NCBI RefSeq assembly: GCF_018350175.1
Contig: NC_058368.1
Span: 61,072,001-61,136,000, forward strand
Reading direction: 5' to 3'
From: Felis catus
Taxonomy: Eukaryota
DNA: 64,000 bases
The number at the start of each line of letters is the position of its first letter. Positions within the stretch are counted from its first letter, which is position 1. The translations under genes were made by a program, and so were the position numbers. Below are positions 1-13,384 of the stretch, in pieces. The notes below the pieces were generated by a model. The model was not told the origin of the DNA, made no database searches, and saw nothing but the letters and a program-made list of their open reading frames with translations.

Positions 1-1934
1 GCAAATGTTATTAGGTTTGATGGTGTCACTCAGTTTCCTAAGTCAATTTTTATTTATTATTATTTTTTCTCTCTCCTGTTCAGCTTGACTACTTTCCATT
101 ACTCTGTCCTCTAAGTTGCTGATCTGTTCTTCTGCTTCCTCTAGTCTAGTGTTTACTCCATGAGGTATATTTTTTTCTTTCATTTCCTGAGTTCTTCATC
201 TCTGATTGGTTCCTTTTTTGTATTTTCAGTCTCTTTGTTGAGGGTCTCACTGAATCTGTCTACTCTTTTTCTCAAGTCCAATGAGTGTCTTTATGACCAT
301 TGCTTTAAAGTCTCTATTGGGCATATTACTTATCTCCCTTTCATTTAGGTTTCTTGATGTGATTTTGTCTTGTTCTTTCATTTGGAATATATTCCTTTCA
401 CATTTTTTGTAACTGTGTGTCTATTTGATGTGTTAGGAAAGCCAGCTATGTCTCCTGCTCTTGAAAGTACTGGCCTTATGAAGAAGAGGTCCTCTAGTAC
501 TGTGCAGGACAGTGTCCCCATTCACCAGAACCTGGAGCTACAAGTGTCCTGTGTGTGTTGCCTGTGCCCTGCTCTTGTGGCTGAGCTCATTTGCCTTCAG
601 TCCAGTCACCTGCAATGGCTCTTCTTGACTTGTGAGCAAAGTTTGGTCCCATTGTTGTTAGTGAGCCAGTCTTGGGATGCCTTAGGCTTGAGTTGGGTCT
701 GGCCAGGTGTTTGCCAGAGCTGCAGTGGCATTGAAATGCAGGGTGCTTTTTCCCTGTTGCCCCTGAGGAGCTTTTGTTGGTGGGTGGGGCCTGCAGTCAG
801 ATCATATTTCTGCCCCCACCCAGCCCACTGTTGAGCCCACTGTTGTAGGACTGTTGTGTGTGGTTATCTTCCCCTCTCCCCAGGGCAGGAGTTACTTCGG
901 AGTGGTGCTGGCACCTGTCAGGACTGCCTGCACGTGGCCAGGTTTGTGGCACTGCTTTGGATGGACTCCAGCCTCTGCTTACTGGAGGGGCTGGGTCTGC
1001 AAGAGAACTTTAGGTTGGTCCTGAGGTGTTACCAAGGTTTGTGCAGGTGTGTTGTGGGAGGGGACCTGCAACTGCCTGGGAAAAGGCCTGCTGGGTCAAA
1101 GGGGGCAGCTCTGCAGAACACAGGTAGGAATGAGAAAAGTTTACTCACTTCTGCTGTGGGAGGAGACCTGAAGCTGAGGCCTGGCCACAAGGGGTATGTC
1201 TGCAGAAGACTGGAGTGGGTGTCCTGTGAGCAACTTAGGTGGAAAGTGTTGGTACTGTGCTGGTTAGCCAGGTGTCTGTGTGTCTAGTCTGGGGGTTAGG
1301 GGAGGGAAATGGTGCCCACCAGCAATTTTTTTCCCAGAGAATTCTCCTAAAGATCCCTGCCCATCCAGCACACACGTGGAGATTAAGTGAATCTCCTTCT
1401 CTTATACCCCAGGTGTTTTTCAAACTGCTGCTTCTAGGGTATATTTCAGTGGGACTGTTTGTTGTGCTGTCGCTTTAAGGGTGGGGACTCTGTTTCCTAC
1501 TGCTTTCTTCCTTCTGCCAGAGCCCCGCCTGCTGACTATTAAAGTTCTACCTTATTAAGCCCTGCTGATTGTAATAAGTGGAGAGATTAGGCCCCTATGG
1601 TTGTCAAAGCTAAATGTTATGGGGATCCGTCTTCCTGTGAAGGCTTCTCTGTGCCTGGGGTGCCTGGTGTGGGGGTTCCTTTCTCTCCCCTCTTTGAGCC
1701 CACAGCATCTTTCCCTCCTTCCTGCAGACAGTTCTTTGGGTCCCTTTAGCTCCTGACCCTGTCTCCACCCTTTTTACCCTCTTCACTGTAGCTTCTTCTC
1801 TGCATTTAGCTTTGGAGAGTCTATTCTTACAGTCTCCTGGTCATTATCTGGGTTATTTACACTGTAATGGGTGTTGTCTAATTTTATCTATGGGACAATG
1901 TGTGCTTAGTATCTTCCTACTCAGTCATCTCCCT
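1..1934 (-). mobile_element. LINE-1 5' portion (5'UTR plus start of ORF1), carnivore-type L1, running off the left edge of the window
   Basis: The reverse complement of ~1911-1933 reads GGGAGATGACTGAGTAGGAAGAT, resembling the L1 5' terminus (AAGATGGCGGAGTAGGAAGA). 450-1900 is relatively GC-rich, like a 5'UTR. The reverse complement of ~370-410 encodes an ORF1 N-terminal RNIFQMKEQ-like motif. 1-350 is typical antisense ORF1 coiled-coil sequence. Confidence 0.8.
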
Positions 1935-1979
1935 GTTTTTTTTTTTCTTTTTTTTAAAACAGAGAAAACCAAATTTATT

Positions 1980-3020
1980 TTTGCATAATTGCAGTATTTA
2001 AAACTACATGTATTTAAAAAAAAAAAAACCTCACATTTTGGCTAGCTTTGAATATGACAAATAAAATTCCCTTTCTGTGAGCTTTCTACAACTTTCTGTA
2101 TCCATTCAGGTTTTGTCCTATTTCTCATTCTGAAAACAACCATTTTACTTTAGGACAAAACTACTCTTTTTTTTCCTTAATAAAACACAACCAGCAAGCA
2201 TATCTTACATACACAGTTGATTTTTGCCACTGTTAGTCCTAGTAGAGTCTTATTTATAATATTAATTGTGCCTAACCACAGTAACTTCATCTTCATAAAA
2301 CCAGGATGTGGATCTTTTCAGTTGTCCACAGTAAATCAGCATTTTGCACAGACTTGCAGTACTTATGAACATATCACAACTTTTTATAGCCATATGCTTC
2401 TTTAGAGTACAGTTTCTCAAATATAGCAAAAATAAACACATTAACATACCCAAACATGTACACACCTCCTTGTACCCTCTAGAAATAAGAACAAGTGCAA
2501 GAAACTTAATGTTATGCTTATTCATTAATATTTCAGTTTTCTGTTGTAGAAATTATGTACTTAATATGCATTTAGAAAAATCCAATATTTTCAGTTATTT
2601 AAAGTCTTTGAAACAAGCTGACATGCTAGAAAATAATCACTGTTGGAATAAAGTTTGTCACAATAGTAATTTAAATGTAAGCTTACATCTTTTATAATCT
2701 CAAACATTGAGTAGGTATAATGTAGCTATTCAGTCAGCAAACCTGAAAATTTAGGAAGAATATATACATAGGTAAAATAAAAAAAATATGCTTATATTCC
2801 ACATAATACTGGCAACTCAGAAAACATAGCTATTTTTATTTGTCCAATACTGTAAACTAATCTTGTTTGCCAAAGATTTGTGTAAATTATGGAATTCTTA
2901 AACCTTTTAGATTGGTTTCTGTGAGTATTTTTGTTTTGATGCATTGAAAGTATTAGAAGATTGATTACCTTATCTGGGAATTTTAGGAATATTCAATTTA
3001 TATAATCACTATATATCTCA
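1980..3020 (-). mobile_element. ERV1-class internal (MER4/MER34-int-like) non-coding fragment
   Basis: AT-rich segment with motifs such as AATCTTGTTTGCCAAAGATTT and GAATTTTAGGAATATTCAATTTATATAA that resemble recalled MER4-group internal sequences; no ORF. Confidence 0.45.
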
Positions 3021-3039
3021 CTTTTCTGCCAGATAAAAT

Positions 3040-4100
3040 CTGCTGACCACTCCAAAATATCCATTTGGTTCTTCTTTATAATTTCTGTCTCTTTATTGAT
3101 TTTCTTTATTTGTTAAGACACTATTATCATGCTTTCCTTTGATTTGATGTCTTAAATCCAGGATTTGGTCCTGCTCACAAGTGGTTTCACAAGCCTGCCT
3201 TGTTTTCTGTGTATGATTCTGTATCTAGATTCTGAATCTAGATACTGATTCCTACCTGTCACTCCAGTTCTTGTGTTGCTGTTACTTGTTTAGTGCCCTG
3301 AGTGGGCTATTCTAGTGAAGACTGTTTTCCTTTAGTGTTAAATCTCTGATGTCATTCACAGAGGATACAGCCTTGTGCTTTTCCCAATCATCCTTGGATG
3401 ACAGGTTTTAGAATCCAGACCTCTTTCCCTGGTCTCTCTGGTAAGCCACCTGCCTCTGTTGTTATCACATTTAAATTTTAGGTTCCACTGTTTGTCAGCT
3501 GATTGCTGTATTCTCAAAAATTCTCTGTGTCACAAATTACTTCACTATCTGACCTAATTAAGCTTCAGCTCCTTTGAAAGGGTACTTTTTTTAGGCAAGT
3601 GTTTGAGGCTTTTTCCTGACCCAAAACTCTTCATCTCTCTCTTTCCCTGGGTCTTCTCTAGTAAACTAGCCTATAGTTTAGGTATTACTCTTAATTATTT
3701 ACCACCAAAATCACCATCATTTTAATAGTGCCCTAGAATTTGAATTTCCCAACACTGTCTCAAATAGTCAGTTGCCTGGGGAGAACTTTAGAGTTCTCTG
3801 TTTTAATGGAATGCCTCTCTTCCTGCGCACAATCGCAGATCCCTTGCTCTGGAGCCAGGAGTGGGGACAGTGACTGCCACTTTTTATGAGCAGGGCAATG
3901 GATTGGAGATAATAGCCTCTGTTTTACTCAGCTAGCCTTCTCAACATGGAACTCCTACCTCACAAACACTTGGGTCCTGATATTTTCAGTCTGCCATGCC
4001 TGGAGTCAGGCTTCCACCCTTTTACCCTGGGTTGGGTGGAGGAAGGAAGACTAATCTCTCAATAGCAGTTGGATGATGTATGGGGATAATTAAGAAAGTG
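3040..4100 (-). mobile_element. Old L1M 5'-region fragment
   Basis: TCCAAAATATCCATTTGGTTCTTCTTTATAATTTCTGTCTCTTTATTGA is typical antisense sequence of old L1 ORF1/5' regions; strongly degraded. Confidence 0.55.
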
Positions 4101-4429
4101 CCTCTAAGACTTATCCATTGCCTGATCATTCTTCTGAAATTCTATTTATTTTCTGTGCATGAAGTACTACTTTTGAAACCTTCTTCAGTTCTTAATAGTA
4201 TAGTTTTGTAATGATGGGCATTAAATGGTGACAAAATCTATAGTATTTCTCATGGCTCCATTTTGCAAGCTTCCCTTTTATCCTTTTTTTCCAACTTTTT
4301 TGATTCATCTGTATATGACTTATAAGGTGACTTTGTTCTCAACAGTTGGTTCCTAATCATTAATCCTTGTTTCATTGTCTCCAAAGCCATGAAAAAAAAA
4401 ATACTATGTGTAAATAACAACAACAACAA

Positions 4430-4860
4430 AACCTTAGTAACAAATGTCTACCAGCAGAATTCATAGATGTATTGTTCAATATTAGCATAGGACTGCTGCT
4501 TACTCATGAAAACGATTAAGTCACAGCTAAAATCTGAATTTATAAATATCACAAATCTAAAATCCTAAATATGTTGAATAAAAAGACATGTTGAACAAAA
4601 ATTCATATAGTATGATTCCATTTGGATAAAGAGATATTTGTATCTGATTAAGAAAGAAAAGATGTACAAACAAGCAAAATTTCAGGATAAAAAGCACTTC
4701 TTAGGGGAAATGGAGAGTCATAAACTAAAGATGTGCACACAGTATTACAAGGTTTTGGTGTTCTATCTCTTAATAAGAGGCATATTTTCATCTTAGTTAT
4801 AAACCACACATAAATATTGCATGTATTTTATATTTCATTCATTTTACAATAAAATAATAT
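4430..4860 (+). mobile_element. Old L1 (L1ME-like) 3' end fragment
   Basis: CAAATGTCTACCAGCAG and ATATAGTATGATTCCATTT motifs, ending in TTTTACAATAAAAT. Confidence 0.6.
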
Positions 4861-5207
4861 GCTATATAATACCTTTCAGATGGGGAGAACTGTTTGGTAA
4901 TATCAGGAACTAATAGGAATTTGGAGACATGTAAACACTTAGGCACTTTTAAAATGAAAGTAAATTAGTTCAGTGTTGACCATAATTAGAAATTTTAGTA
5001 AAGGTGAAAATGTTCAGTTACTTTACTGAATCTTCTTTCTTACATTTATGGAACTATTCATATGGATTACTCCAAACACTATTGTGTTATTTCTTCAACA
5101 AGTTTTCAGGGAAACCATATTTATTAATATATTAAAGTATAGCAGGGCTTCTGTCAATGCTCTGACTCCATCTCTAGCTGGAGTGAATTCTTATTAAGTT
5201 GACTTCT

Positions 5208-5419
5208 GGGGCTCAAAAGTCTGACTAGTGGCTCAGTTAAGTGTCTGACTCTTGATTTCAATTTAGGTCATGACATCACGGTTGGTGAGATGAGGCCCTA
5301 TATTGGGCTCTGTTCTGACAGTGAGGAGCCTGCTTGAGATTCTCTCTCTCCCTCTCTCTCATGCCCCTCCCAGCTCACATATACTCACACATTCTCTCAA
5401 ATATAAATAAACTTTAAAG
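5208..5419 (+). mobile_element. Can-SINE (older subfamily)
   Basis: GTGGCTCAGTTAAGTGTCTGACTCTTGATTTC head, (CT)n tract and AATAAA tail; flanked by the repeated AGTTGACTT (TSD). Confidence 0.93.
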
Positions 5420-7474
5420 AGTTGACTTTTGATCAAGATTTCTCTGTATCCTTTACTTCTTCCTTTTCTTCAGCCAACTTATTTCCTGCTTTAGACTTAA
5501 TGCCCTATGTAAGCAAGATCTTTTATGTGACACTACTAATCCTTCAATAGATGGTGATATATTGTTAGAGTAAAATACAATATCAGAGGCCTATACGGCT
5601 TTGTGACATGCATTTGGAAAGACTTTTTTTTTAATTAATGAGAGTAGAGAAATTGTATTTTCATCTTTGAAATTTTGTTTGGAAACTTTAGAAGCATACC
5701 ATTGTTCCGTAGATGTTTCTCTTTTCTATTGGGTCAGATGTCAGTTATTAAAGATCTTATTAAAAGATATATTACATGTCAAAGTCAAACTGTGTTGTGA
5801 ACAGATATATTAGGAAATCATACTAAAATATGAATCTCAAAGGTGTTTATGAGGTTGGCAGACACAAATATATGCCAAGACAACTAACGGCCAGCTACTC
5901 TGTTTAGAACTTGCTTCTGGAAGTTAACACCACACTCAGTACCCAAATCCTGTGATAAGAAAAATGAACTAGACATTTCAAATGGTATGATTCTTATTTT
6001 AGCTCATTTCTAAAATGTGAGAACCTTTAAATATATAGGCAAAGAATTGGGTTTTGACAATAATTTTATATGTAAAATTATCCGGTTGTTTTTCATAGAA
6101 TAGAGTAGAAGAATTTTGGATTATAAATGAACAAATTAGTGCCTAAGAAGACATTTGGAGGGTCATACTTAAGAGAAAAATGGAAACAGTTATCCAGATA
6201 ATGAAAAACAAATGGTTTCTTCTTAAAAACCAAGAATTTACCAAGAATCTATCTGCATTGATTAAAGTCACTGGATAAATGTTCAACTGCCCATTTTACT
6301 TTGTATAGACAGAACCTACGAATAGGTCATGTCATCTGGGTGAGGGGAATTGAATTTGACAGAGGACAGGGAATGGGGTCACTATATAGTAAATTGTCTC
6401 TTCAAGTGCAATTATCTATTCATGACATAAATCCAATACAATTCTACCCATCTTTGATTTTATTCTATATACCTCTTTTTTCTTCTTTGCCTTGTTGATA
6501 ACTAGTATTTTATTTGCTTATACCAAAATCTCTTTTGACTCAGTTCCAGTAGATGTTTTCACTGAAAACTGACAGGCTTTCTCTAGTACATGCTGAATGG
6601 CTAAAGAAACATTATTATGTACTATTGACCTTTATCCATGAAACTTTTTCTTAGTGAAAATGAAGAGTATATTGTAGTAAATATGTATACACTTAAAATT
6701 TGGTATTGATATTTTTAATTACTTTAAATTTTATTCTTAGTAGCCACTTGAAATATCTCTAAAACAAGCAGAAAAAAAAAAGCTCAACATTTTCAACTTC
6801 CTTTAGATTATAGTCAACCCTGTCTCCTATCCAATAACAAACACTCAACAATACAGCCATTACTGTACTTGTAGAGAAACTGTGTTTCAATATAACCATA
6901 CATATGCTGAATTATGATTTCTTGGTTTTCCAGTTTTATTGATAAATAATACATAACTTTATTGATTATATCAGTTTATTGCTATAACTATATTGTTTAA
7001 TATATAGTACTTTAATTTTTAGCATTTGTATTGGTAGTTACTTTTTAATGGTAAAAATTATCTCTGTGGAGTAAAATGTTATATAATTCATCAGGAACAT
7101 TGCTATTACATTATTTTTAATTATATATACAAATATAGGACTTACTGAAAGTGAAACTTTTATGTACCACTTAGTATCTGTTCTGGGGAAGACATATTTT
7201 GAATGATTTATCCAGGTTGCTTAAACTGCACAATTGTACGTTTGTGTAAAGACAATACTAAAGGCAAGTTGAAAATAATGTCAGACTATTTCCGGTTATG
7301 TGATGTTATAAGCATATAAGCTGTTTCCTGTGCCAGACTTACACAAATGATTTTTATCTCCGAGCATTAAAAATAATCATGAATGAGTTGGAGACACCAA
7401 AATTATTGTAATATCCTATTGAGACTGATGGAATTAAAAAAAACCCAGAAACTTCCAAAGTACTTTAAATATCA

Positions 7475-7966
7475 TGAGAGCAGATATCAGTGTTCCACCA
7501 TGATTAATTCTGATGCCTTTACCTTTTTCACGTACTGTACTTGTTTCTCGGGTGCGCTTTGATTCTCAAGCATCAGCGTCTGCCTCTCTATCAGGAATCT
7601 GTCCTAGTCCCTTAGATTACATTGTGCAACCAGTGTACTGAGAGGCTTAAGTGCCAGGGAATTCATGCCCCCCAACAAAAAACCCTTAAACAATGATTGA
7701 TAGGGTGTAAATATTCTAGCTTCCTTGCTCCTGATTAGTACAATTTATGTAAGATCTACATTGTCACCAAAATTCCAATGTAGCACTGAATCACGGTAAC
7801 CTTTTGTGGATTTGCTTGCTATTGCATATTTGCTTGAGGTCCTTAGCTTCTAAGTTTCAATTCCCCATTCTCATAGTACTCCAGCCTTCTCCTGGAACAT
7901 TTTCTGTGCACCTGCCACATAAATTTGTATTTCAGCATTTGTTTCTTAGGAACCCAAACTGAGACA
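7475..7966 (+). mobile_element. 5' LTR of an ERVL provirus, LTR16 family
   Basis: Contains AAGTGCCAGGGAATTCATGCCCCC and ends in GGAACCCAAACTGAGACA, the characteristic LTR16 terminus; internal sequence follows directly. Confidence 0.8.
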
Positions 7967-10900
7967 GCTGGTTCTGGAAATGCTCTTAACTAGCAGACTC
8001 TCAGGATGGGATTCTGGGGTTGGATCCCTTTCTGGCCAGATTAAAACAGGGGCCATATTGTTCACAGTAAGTTATTTAGCCCTGCTATGTTGTAGCATTA
8101 TACTATATTACAAAGGTATGCTTCATTGCTAAGGTAATTTGGATATGATTCAGTTTGAAGGGGATCTGCTACCTTGTGAAAAATTGCTAACATTGGATAA
8201 ATGTGAAAAAATAGTAATTATAAAGGTGATGGAGTTGGTTGTTTTTTGCTAAGTTTGATTGGTGCCCAGAATAAGGAAAACTAAACAAGTCAGGTTATTA
8301 CCAACTCAGGGCATAATGAGCATATCAAAATGTCTTGGTGAAAACATTTCAAAAGATCTTTATCATAAGGCTAGAAAACTAGAGAGAAAGCTAACTCTGA
8401 AGCTTTAGAAAATTACCTGTGTCTAAATTAGGGCTCTGTAGACCAAGGGAGATTTTTAAGAGATGTTCTAAACCTGGGCTCCCTGTCAGTAGAGGAAATA
8501 CAATTCTGGAAAAGCTGAGACCCAACGGCAGCATTTAACCACTAGAGGCACAACAGATGTAATTAACATAAAAGACTTGAGATCAGATGGAAATTGTAGG
8601 ACATGACCCATAGAGAGTTGTAACCTTGGCCAATTGATTATAGTGTTCCTTGGGAAAATATGGATTGACAGCCAAAAATATCAGTTGATACATTTGATTT
8701 TAAGAAGTGGATGATTAGAAGGCTGATAGCTGCTCCAGTGGAAAATCACAATCTCATACATTACCATGTCTGAGACATTTCTCAGACCACAGACAATCAA
8801 TTGAAGAGGCTAATATCCCTTGAAGGGTCATGATATGAAACAAAGTGTATGTAACAGTAATCTCCCTGGTCCTTACCCCAAAGGATCCATGACCATTCAT
8901 CTAAGAAATTGTATACCAGGGGGAGGGGAAGAGAAAAACCAAGATTTTTCAAGAGATTTTTAACATTGTATCCAAGTTAACATTTTGCAGGGAGGTCAGT
9001 GCAAGCCAGAGAGTAAATGGAGGGACGGCCAAAGTGTGTCTTTCAGTGGTGAGGTAACTATTTCTTGGTCCCTGAGCTTGTATTTAAATGGATACACTTA
9101 GCATCTGGAAAAACAATTGTTTCCTTGAACCCTAGAGTAAGGCCTCTTGAAATTTCTCCTCTGCTCAAGATTGCAAATTAAAAGCATGCCATATACTGAG
9201 TAAAAAGTCAGAGATTACTGCCCCTTTCAGAGCTGGAAAGGATAAAGAGTTGGTTGTCCCTATCATGTCCCCATTTATTCACAGTTTAGCTCCCTGGGAG
9301 GGAGAGGGAGGGCGGAGGCAGTTCATGATAGGTGATGGTACACCACTACAAACTTAAAAGGTTTAACCATTTTTTGTACTTGATGTGGTATCTTTACTAG
9401 AAGACATTAATACAACTTCTTTGGCACGTTGGATGTTGTATGTGTCTGGCATATGTATTCTTTCCAAAATGCATTAGGACAAAAATTATTCATGTATAAT
9501 GGACAGTACTTCACATGGAAGGTCTCTGTCCATGGTTGTACTTACTCATCTGCCCTTTGCTACAATATATCCCAGAGGGACCTAAAAATCTGGACATTCC
9601 ACAAAAGTCCATTGGTGATACTATGTTAATTGGACCTGAAGAACAGAAAGTGGTAATTACTGCAGATCCTCTTGAAAGCTATATAAAGTCTAAAGGATGG
9701 AAAATACACTCTGTGAAAATTTAGGGGCCTTCTATATTGTAGAAAATTAGGATTACAATGGGAAGGAGCTTGACAAAAAGTGTTCTCCAAGTTGAAAGAA
9801 TAGTTTTTATGTACTGCAATTACTATCACCACCGCTCTGTGCTTGGTAGGCCAGATTGGATTTTTGGCTTATTTGGTAATATTACTCTGAATACTTATTG
9901 AGTAATTTCAAAGGCTGTCTATTGTGAGAAAGTACGATCACACTTTCTCTTTTGTTGTGCAACCTGACACATGTAGTGGTGCTACTCGACAGATTGGTGG
10001 TAGATAGCATGCCGTTTGGAAACTTCAAAAGCTTTAATAGGGAATTACAGTATAGACATGTAGGATTTAAGATCAAGGTCATGCTGTCTATTACAAGGAC
10101 TATATATCATTAGCAAAGTTTGAGTAAGCATGGAAGCTATTAGTGTGTAAAAATAACGTATACCTAGGATAGAGATTTTGTCCTTTGCATACAGGGCCAA
10201 AGGACAAAAAAAGTTATGTGAATAGGTAGCCAAAGCTCCAGGTTAAGTACATTTGTTAGACTTAGTTAATGATGTTGCATCAGCTTACAGTTATGTCCTA
10301 ATAGAGGTTCCTTAGGATCCACTGGTGGAAGAAAAATAAAGTTCTGGTTTGAGGAGAGCTTAGCTTAGCTCAGTATGTTTTTATCAGCTGAAAATGACTG
10401 CTACCAGAAAGCAGCAATACCAAGTGTGGAGGTCTCTGGGGTATAGGGGGAAGTGGAAGTCTCCCCAATGGCAGACCTTTGGAGATGTGCCTAGCCACTG
10501 TGTGTAAAAAGATAAAGTGCTTTAGGTAAGAGTATCTGAACTCCTATTCGGTGACTAACGGCTTAGCTTGGTGGTTGGGGGTCTGAAAGGAAAAGTACTG
10601 GAAGAATGGGATAAAGGAGGTCTGGAGAAAAGACATGTGGATGCACCAGTAGGAATGGGATAAAAGTGTGAGCAATGTTGAATCTCAGGTTAATGCAGGA
10701 CTTGGATTATCCACTAAATACATAGGGGCAGAAATATCACATAGATATCAGCCAGCCTCTTTTCTCAGTAACTGAGCAATGGGCTCCAAAATAAGTGGTC
10801 ATAGGGCTGTGCATGGGCCCAACAACATAGTCTCCTCCTTACCAACATCACTGCCATTACAGAAAATCCAAATTGTGAATTGTAATATCCGACCCAGTAT

Positions 10901-12099
10901 CTCAGTATGAGCTTTAAAGAAATTCACCAGGAATTATCACATTGAGTACATTAGAGCTATTTAAGCTTTTAAAGGGTGGTAATTCATTGTGAACAGGACC
11001 AACTTGTATCTTGTGTAAAGATTTGCTTTTCCCACCACAGTGCCTTATGATAGCACTAGTATCCAAGGGCTAAGAGTATCTATTTACTATCATGGGATCC
11101 CATGTAACATTTTCCCTGCGTAGTCCAAGAGGTGTATTTTTCATAGAGGAGTATGATAGCATGATCATGAGACTTATTGGTCATACCTTGTGGTGAATCA
11201 CTAGACCTGACTTTATGATAGAATATTGGAAATACTTAAGGGCAATACTGAAGTATCCATGAGACTAAGATACCGTTCTTCAAGGCACAACACATGCCAG
11301 GGTTCAATGGCCATTATGTGGTTCTATGTGTATGAGAAAAGGAATAAAATTGTCTGGAGACCCAGCGTTGGATGTTAAGAGCATCTCCCTTCATCTTCAA
11401 GCCATGGGGGTTAATTGGAAAATGTGTGCTTCCTGTCTCCACAAGCTAAAATTTGGTATGTCTAGAGATCCAGGAAAACACCAGGGGACAGATTAAGACT
11501 TCTATTGAAAATAGATGTATTGCTGCCTCATGGTTATTTTTAGATACTCATTACAGTAAGCAAGTAGGCAAGTAAAGGAATACTTACTCATGATCATAGG
11601 AGAAGATAGGATATTAGATACTTAGTGTGGGTAGGAAGTGACACTGTGGGTGATACTGTTTATGGACAATACGAGCAGATTTCTGTTTGAAGTATTGTCC
11701 ATATATGTTAAGTCTGGAAACCAAGGGAATCCACTGAGCACCTCTGTATGCTCCCAAGTATGATTTAAGTGTAAATAGACAACTAACAGACAAGTGAATG
11801 GTAATCAGGCTTGGGGCTGTCAGCAGTGCTGGTTACTAAGAAAAGATCATTGACTACAAAGGTATTGGCTCAGTCTTGAGGTAAATAACAATGGGTGGTT
11901 TGAAAGGGCAGTGACTCTTCCTAACCAAGATTGAAATATTTTGTGGCAATTACAGATTTGGCAGCAACCTCAGCAACAGGGACTACAGCTCATCACAGTG
12001 ATTGTGCTTTTGTACTGTTTCTTTCTGGAATCATGATTAGTAACAACCTCGAAGAAGCAGTATAGAGAATCTAGTGTGAAGCATGAGTGTGTCTGAGGC
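7967..12099 (+). mobile_element. ERVL internal region (ERV3-16A3_I-like): degraded gag-pro-RT-RNaseH-integrase-dUTPase
   Basis: Starts GCTGGTTCTGGAAATG...CAGACTCTCAGGATGGGATTCTGG. Track ORFs 9429-9629 and 9515-9724 give SALCYNISQRDL and SIGDTMLIGPEEQKV, matching ERVL RT SPALCHNLVRRDL and YIDDIMLIGPSEQEV. RNase H remnants lie at ~10330-10700, integrase AWAQQH-like remnants at ~10810, and dUTPase LPHGYF (vs LPPGHF) at ~11523. Many stops and frameshifts. Confidence 0.88.
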
Positions 12100-12548
12100 T
12101 GAAGCAGATGCTGGCGTTGCTTTTCTATGCCTTGCCATTCCCCTTCATCAGTTTTGTGCACACTGCTTGCTCTCCAGCTGGCCTCTATTAGCAGCAACCC
12201 TCTCAGAGTGCCTTCGTGGAGGAGCTCCCCTTCCTCACCCAGAGATCCTGTTCTCTGCAGCTGTAGTACCTGAAAGTGCCTGGGAACCGACATCCCCTCA
12301 GGAGCACTCCTGCACTCATGTCTGATTGGCGTGGGACTGCTGATTTTGACTTCACTGAAAAGTGAAGTACATGTCCTGTACTGTGTTATGAGCTGAGTGA
12401 GACTTAATGCCACAAATTTCCTTCTTCTCTAAGCCTGCTCTCCCACCCTATTCTGGCCTTTCCTGGAAATTCTATTTCCTCTCTAATAAACCATCCCCCT
12501 AAAATTTCTAATCTCACAGTCTGCTCCTGGGGAATTCAGTCTTTGAAA
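12100..12548 (+). mobile_element. 3' LTR of the same ERVL provirus, LTR16 family
   Basis: Begins TGAAGCAGATGCTG, contains GAAAGTGCCTGGGAA and AATAAA at ~12485, and ends CTCACAGTCTGCTCCTGGGGAA, like LTR16 termini. Confidence 0.75.
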
Positions 12549-12960
12549 AACACCAGATAGAGTCTGTTAAAATCAGCTCATTGTAAAAATAATGTTCCAC
12601 ATGTTTACTGTGAGATTAACCACAGTTAGAGTAAAATCTAAAGACAGTAAAAAAAAAGATAAATGAATAGTATGCCACAAATACATAAATATGCTTTCAT
12701 TAAGGATTCACCTGTATATTTTCCCCACACCTCCATCCAACAATGCTTATATAAATAGTGATGATTAAAAAAATTTTTTCTGACCATAGTATTCAGTGAA
12801 AAAAGTTTCTCTTGATAGTTTTATTTGACCTGACTATAACATTCATAGACAGAAAACATCTACTTTACAACACTGTACATGAAGCTGGTTGAGTAATATT
12901 CACTTATCACCTAGAGTCCGTGTGAATGCTTCACCCAGATACTCCCACAGGAGATGCTTT

Positions 12961-13384
12961 TGTCAACCTGAAAATGGGTGCAATGAGAGGCAGACAGGTG
13001 TTTATTTGGGATCAAAAAATTGCAATTCAGGAAACATAGATTCTAGTAGAAACCCAAATAGTGTACTGCTCGGAAGGTGAAAGCAAAGTGTTTTCATGAG
13101 GAAAAGGAAGGTGGGATATTACATGAGTCAAAGGAAAAAAACACACTCTTCTATGGGGATTAACAAGCTATGCTACTCTGCATCATGCATTGACTGACCA
13201 CTGACTATCTTCAGAAAGTCCACAACCACGAGTCCTGTGACCAGGATGTCTGTCCTGCTGACTTCTCAAGCAGTTGCTTAAAACAGTTGCTGTTTTGTCC
13301 AGTCCAAAGGTTTGCTCAGTTCAAACAAAGGCAGGTAAGGCAGTTTCTCTGTAGTCGTTGTTCCAGTCATGTCCATTTTTCACA
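12961..13384 (-). mobile_element. Solo LTR, ERV1 class (subfamily not determined)
   Basis: TG...CA termini (TGTCAACC / TTTTTCACA); TTTATT near the left end is a minus-strand polyA signal; near-matching 4-bp flanks CTTT/CCTT. Confidence 0.7.

Noticed and set aside
9429..9724. RT-like ORFs as a possible domesticated retroviral gene
   Set aside because: The fragments are short and frameshifted and the catalytic motif is lost, consistent with neutral decay.
11970..12413. 147-aa minus-strand ORF
   Set aside because: It runs antisense across the ERVL internal/3' LTR junction, has a non-ATG start and shows no recognisable domain.
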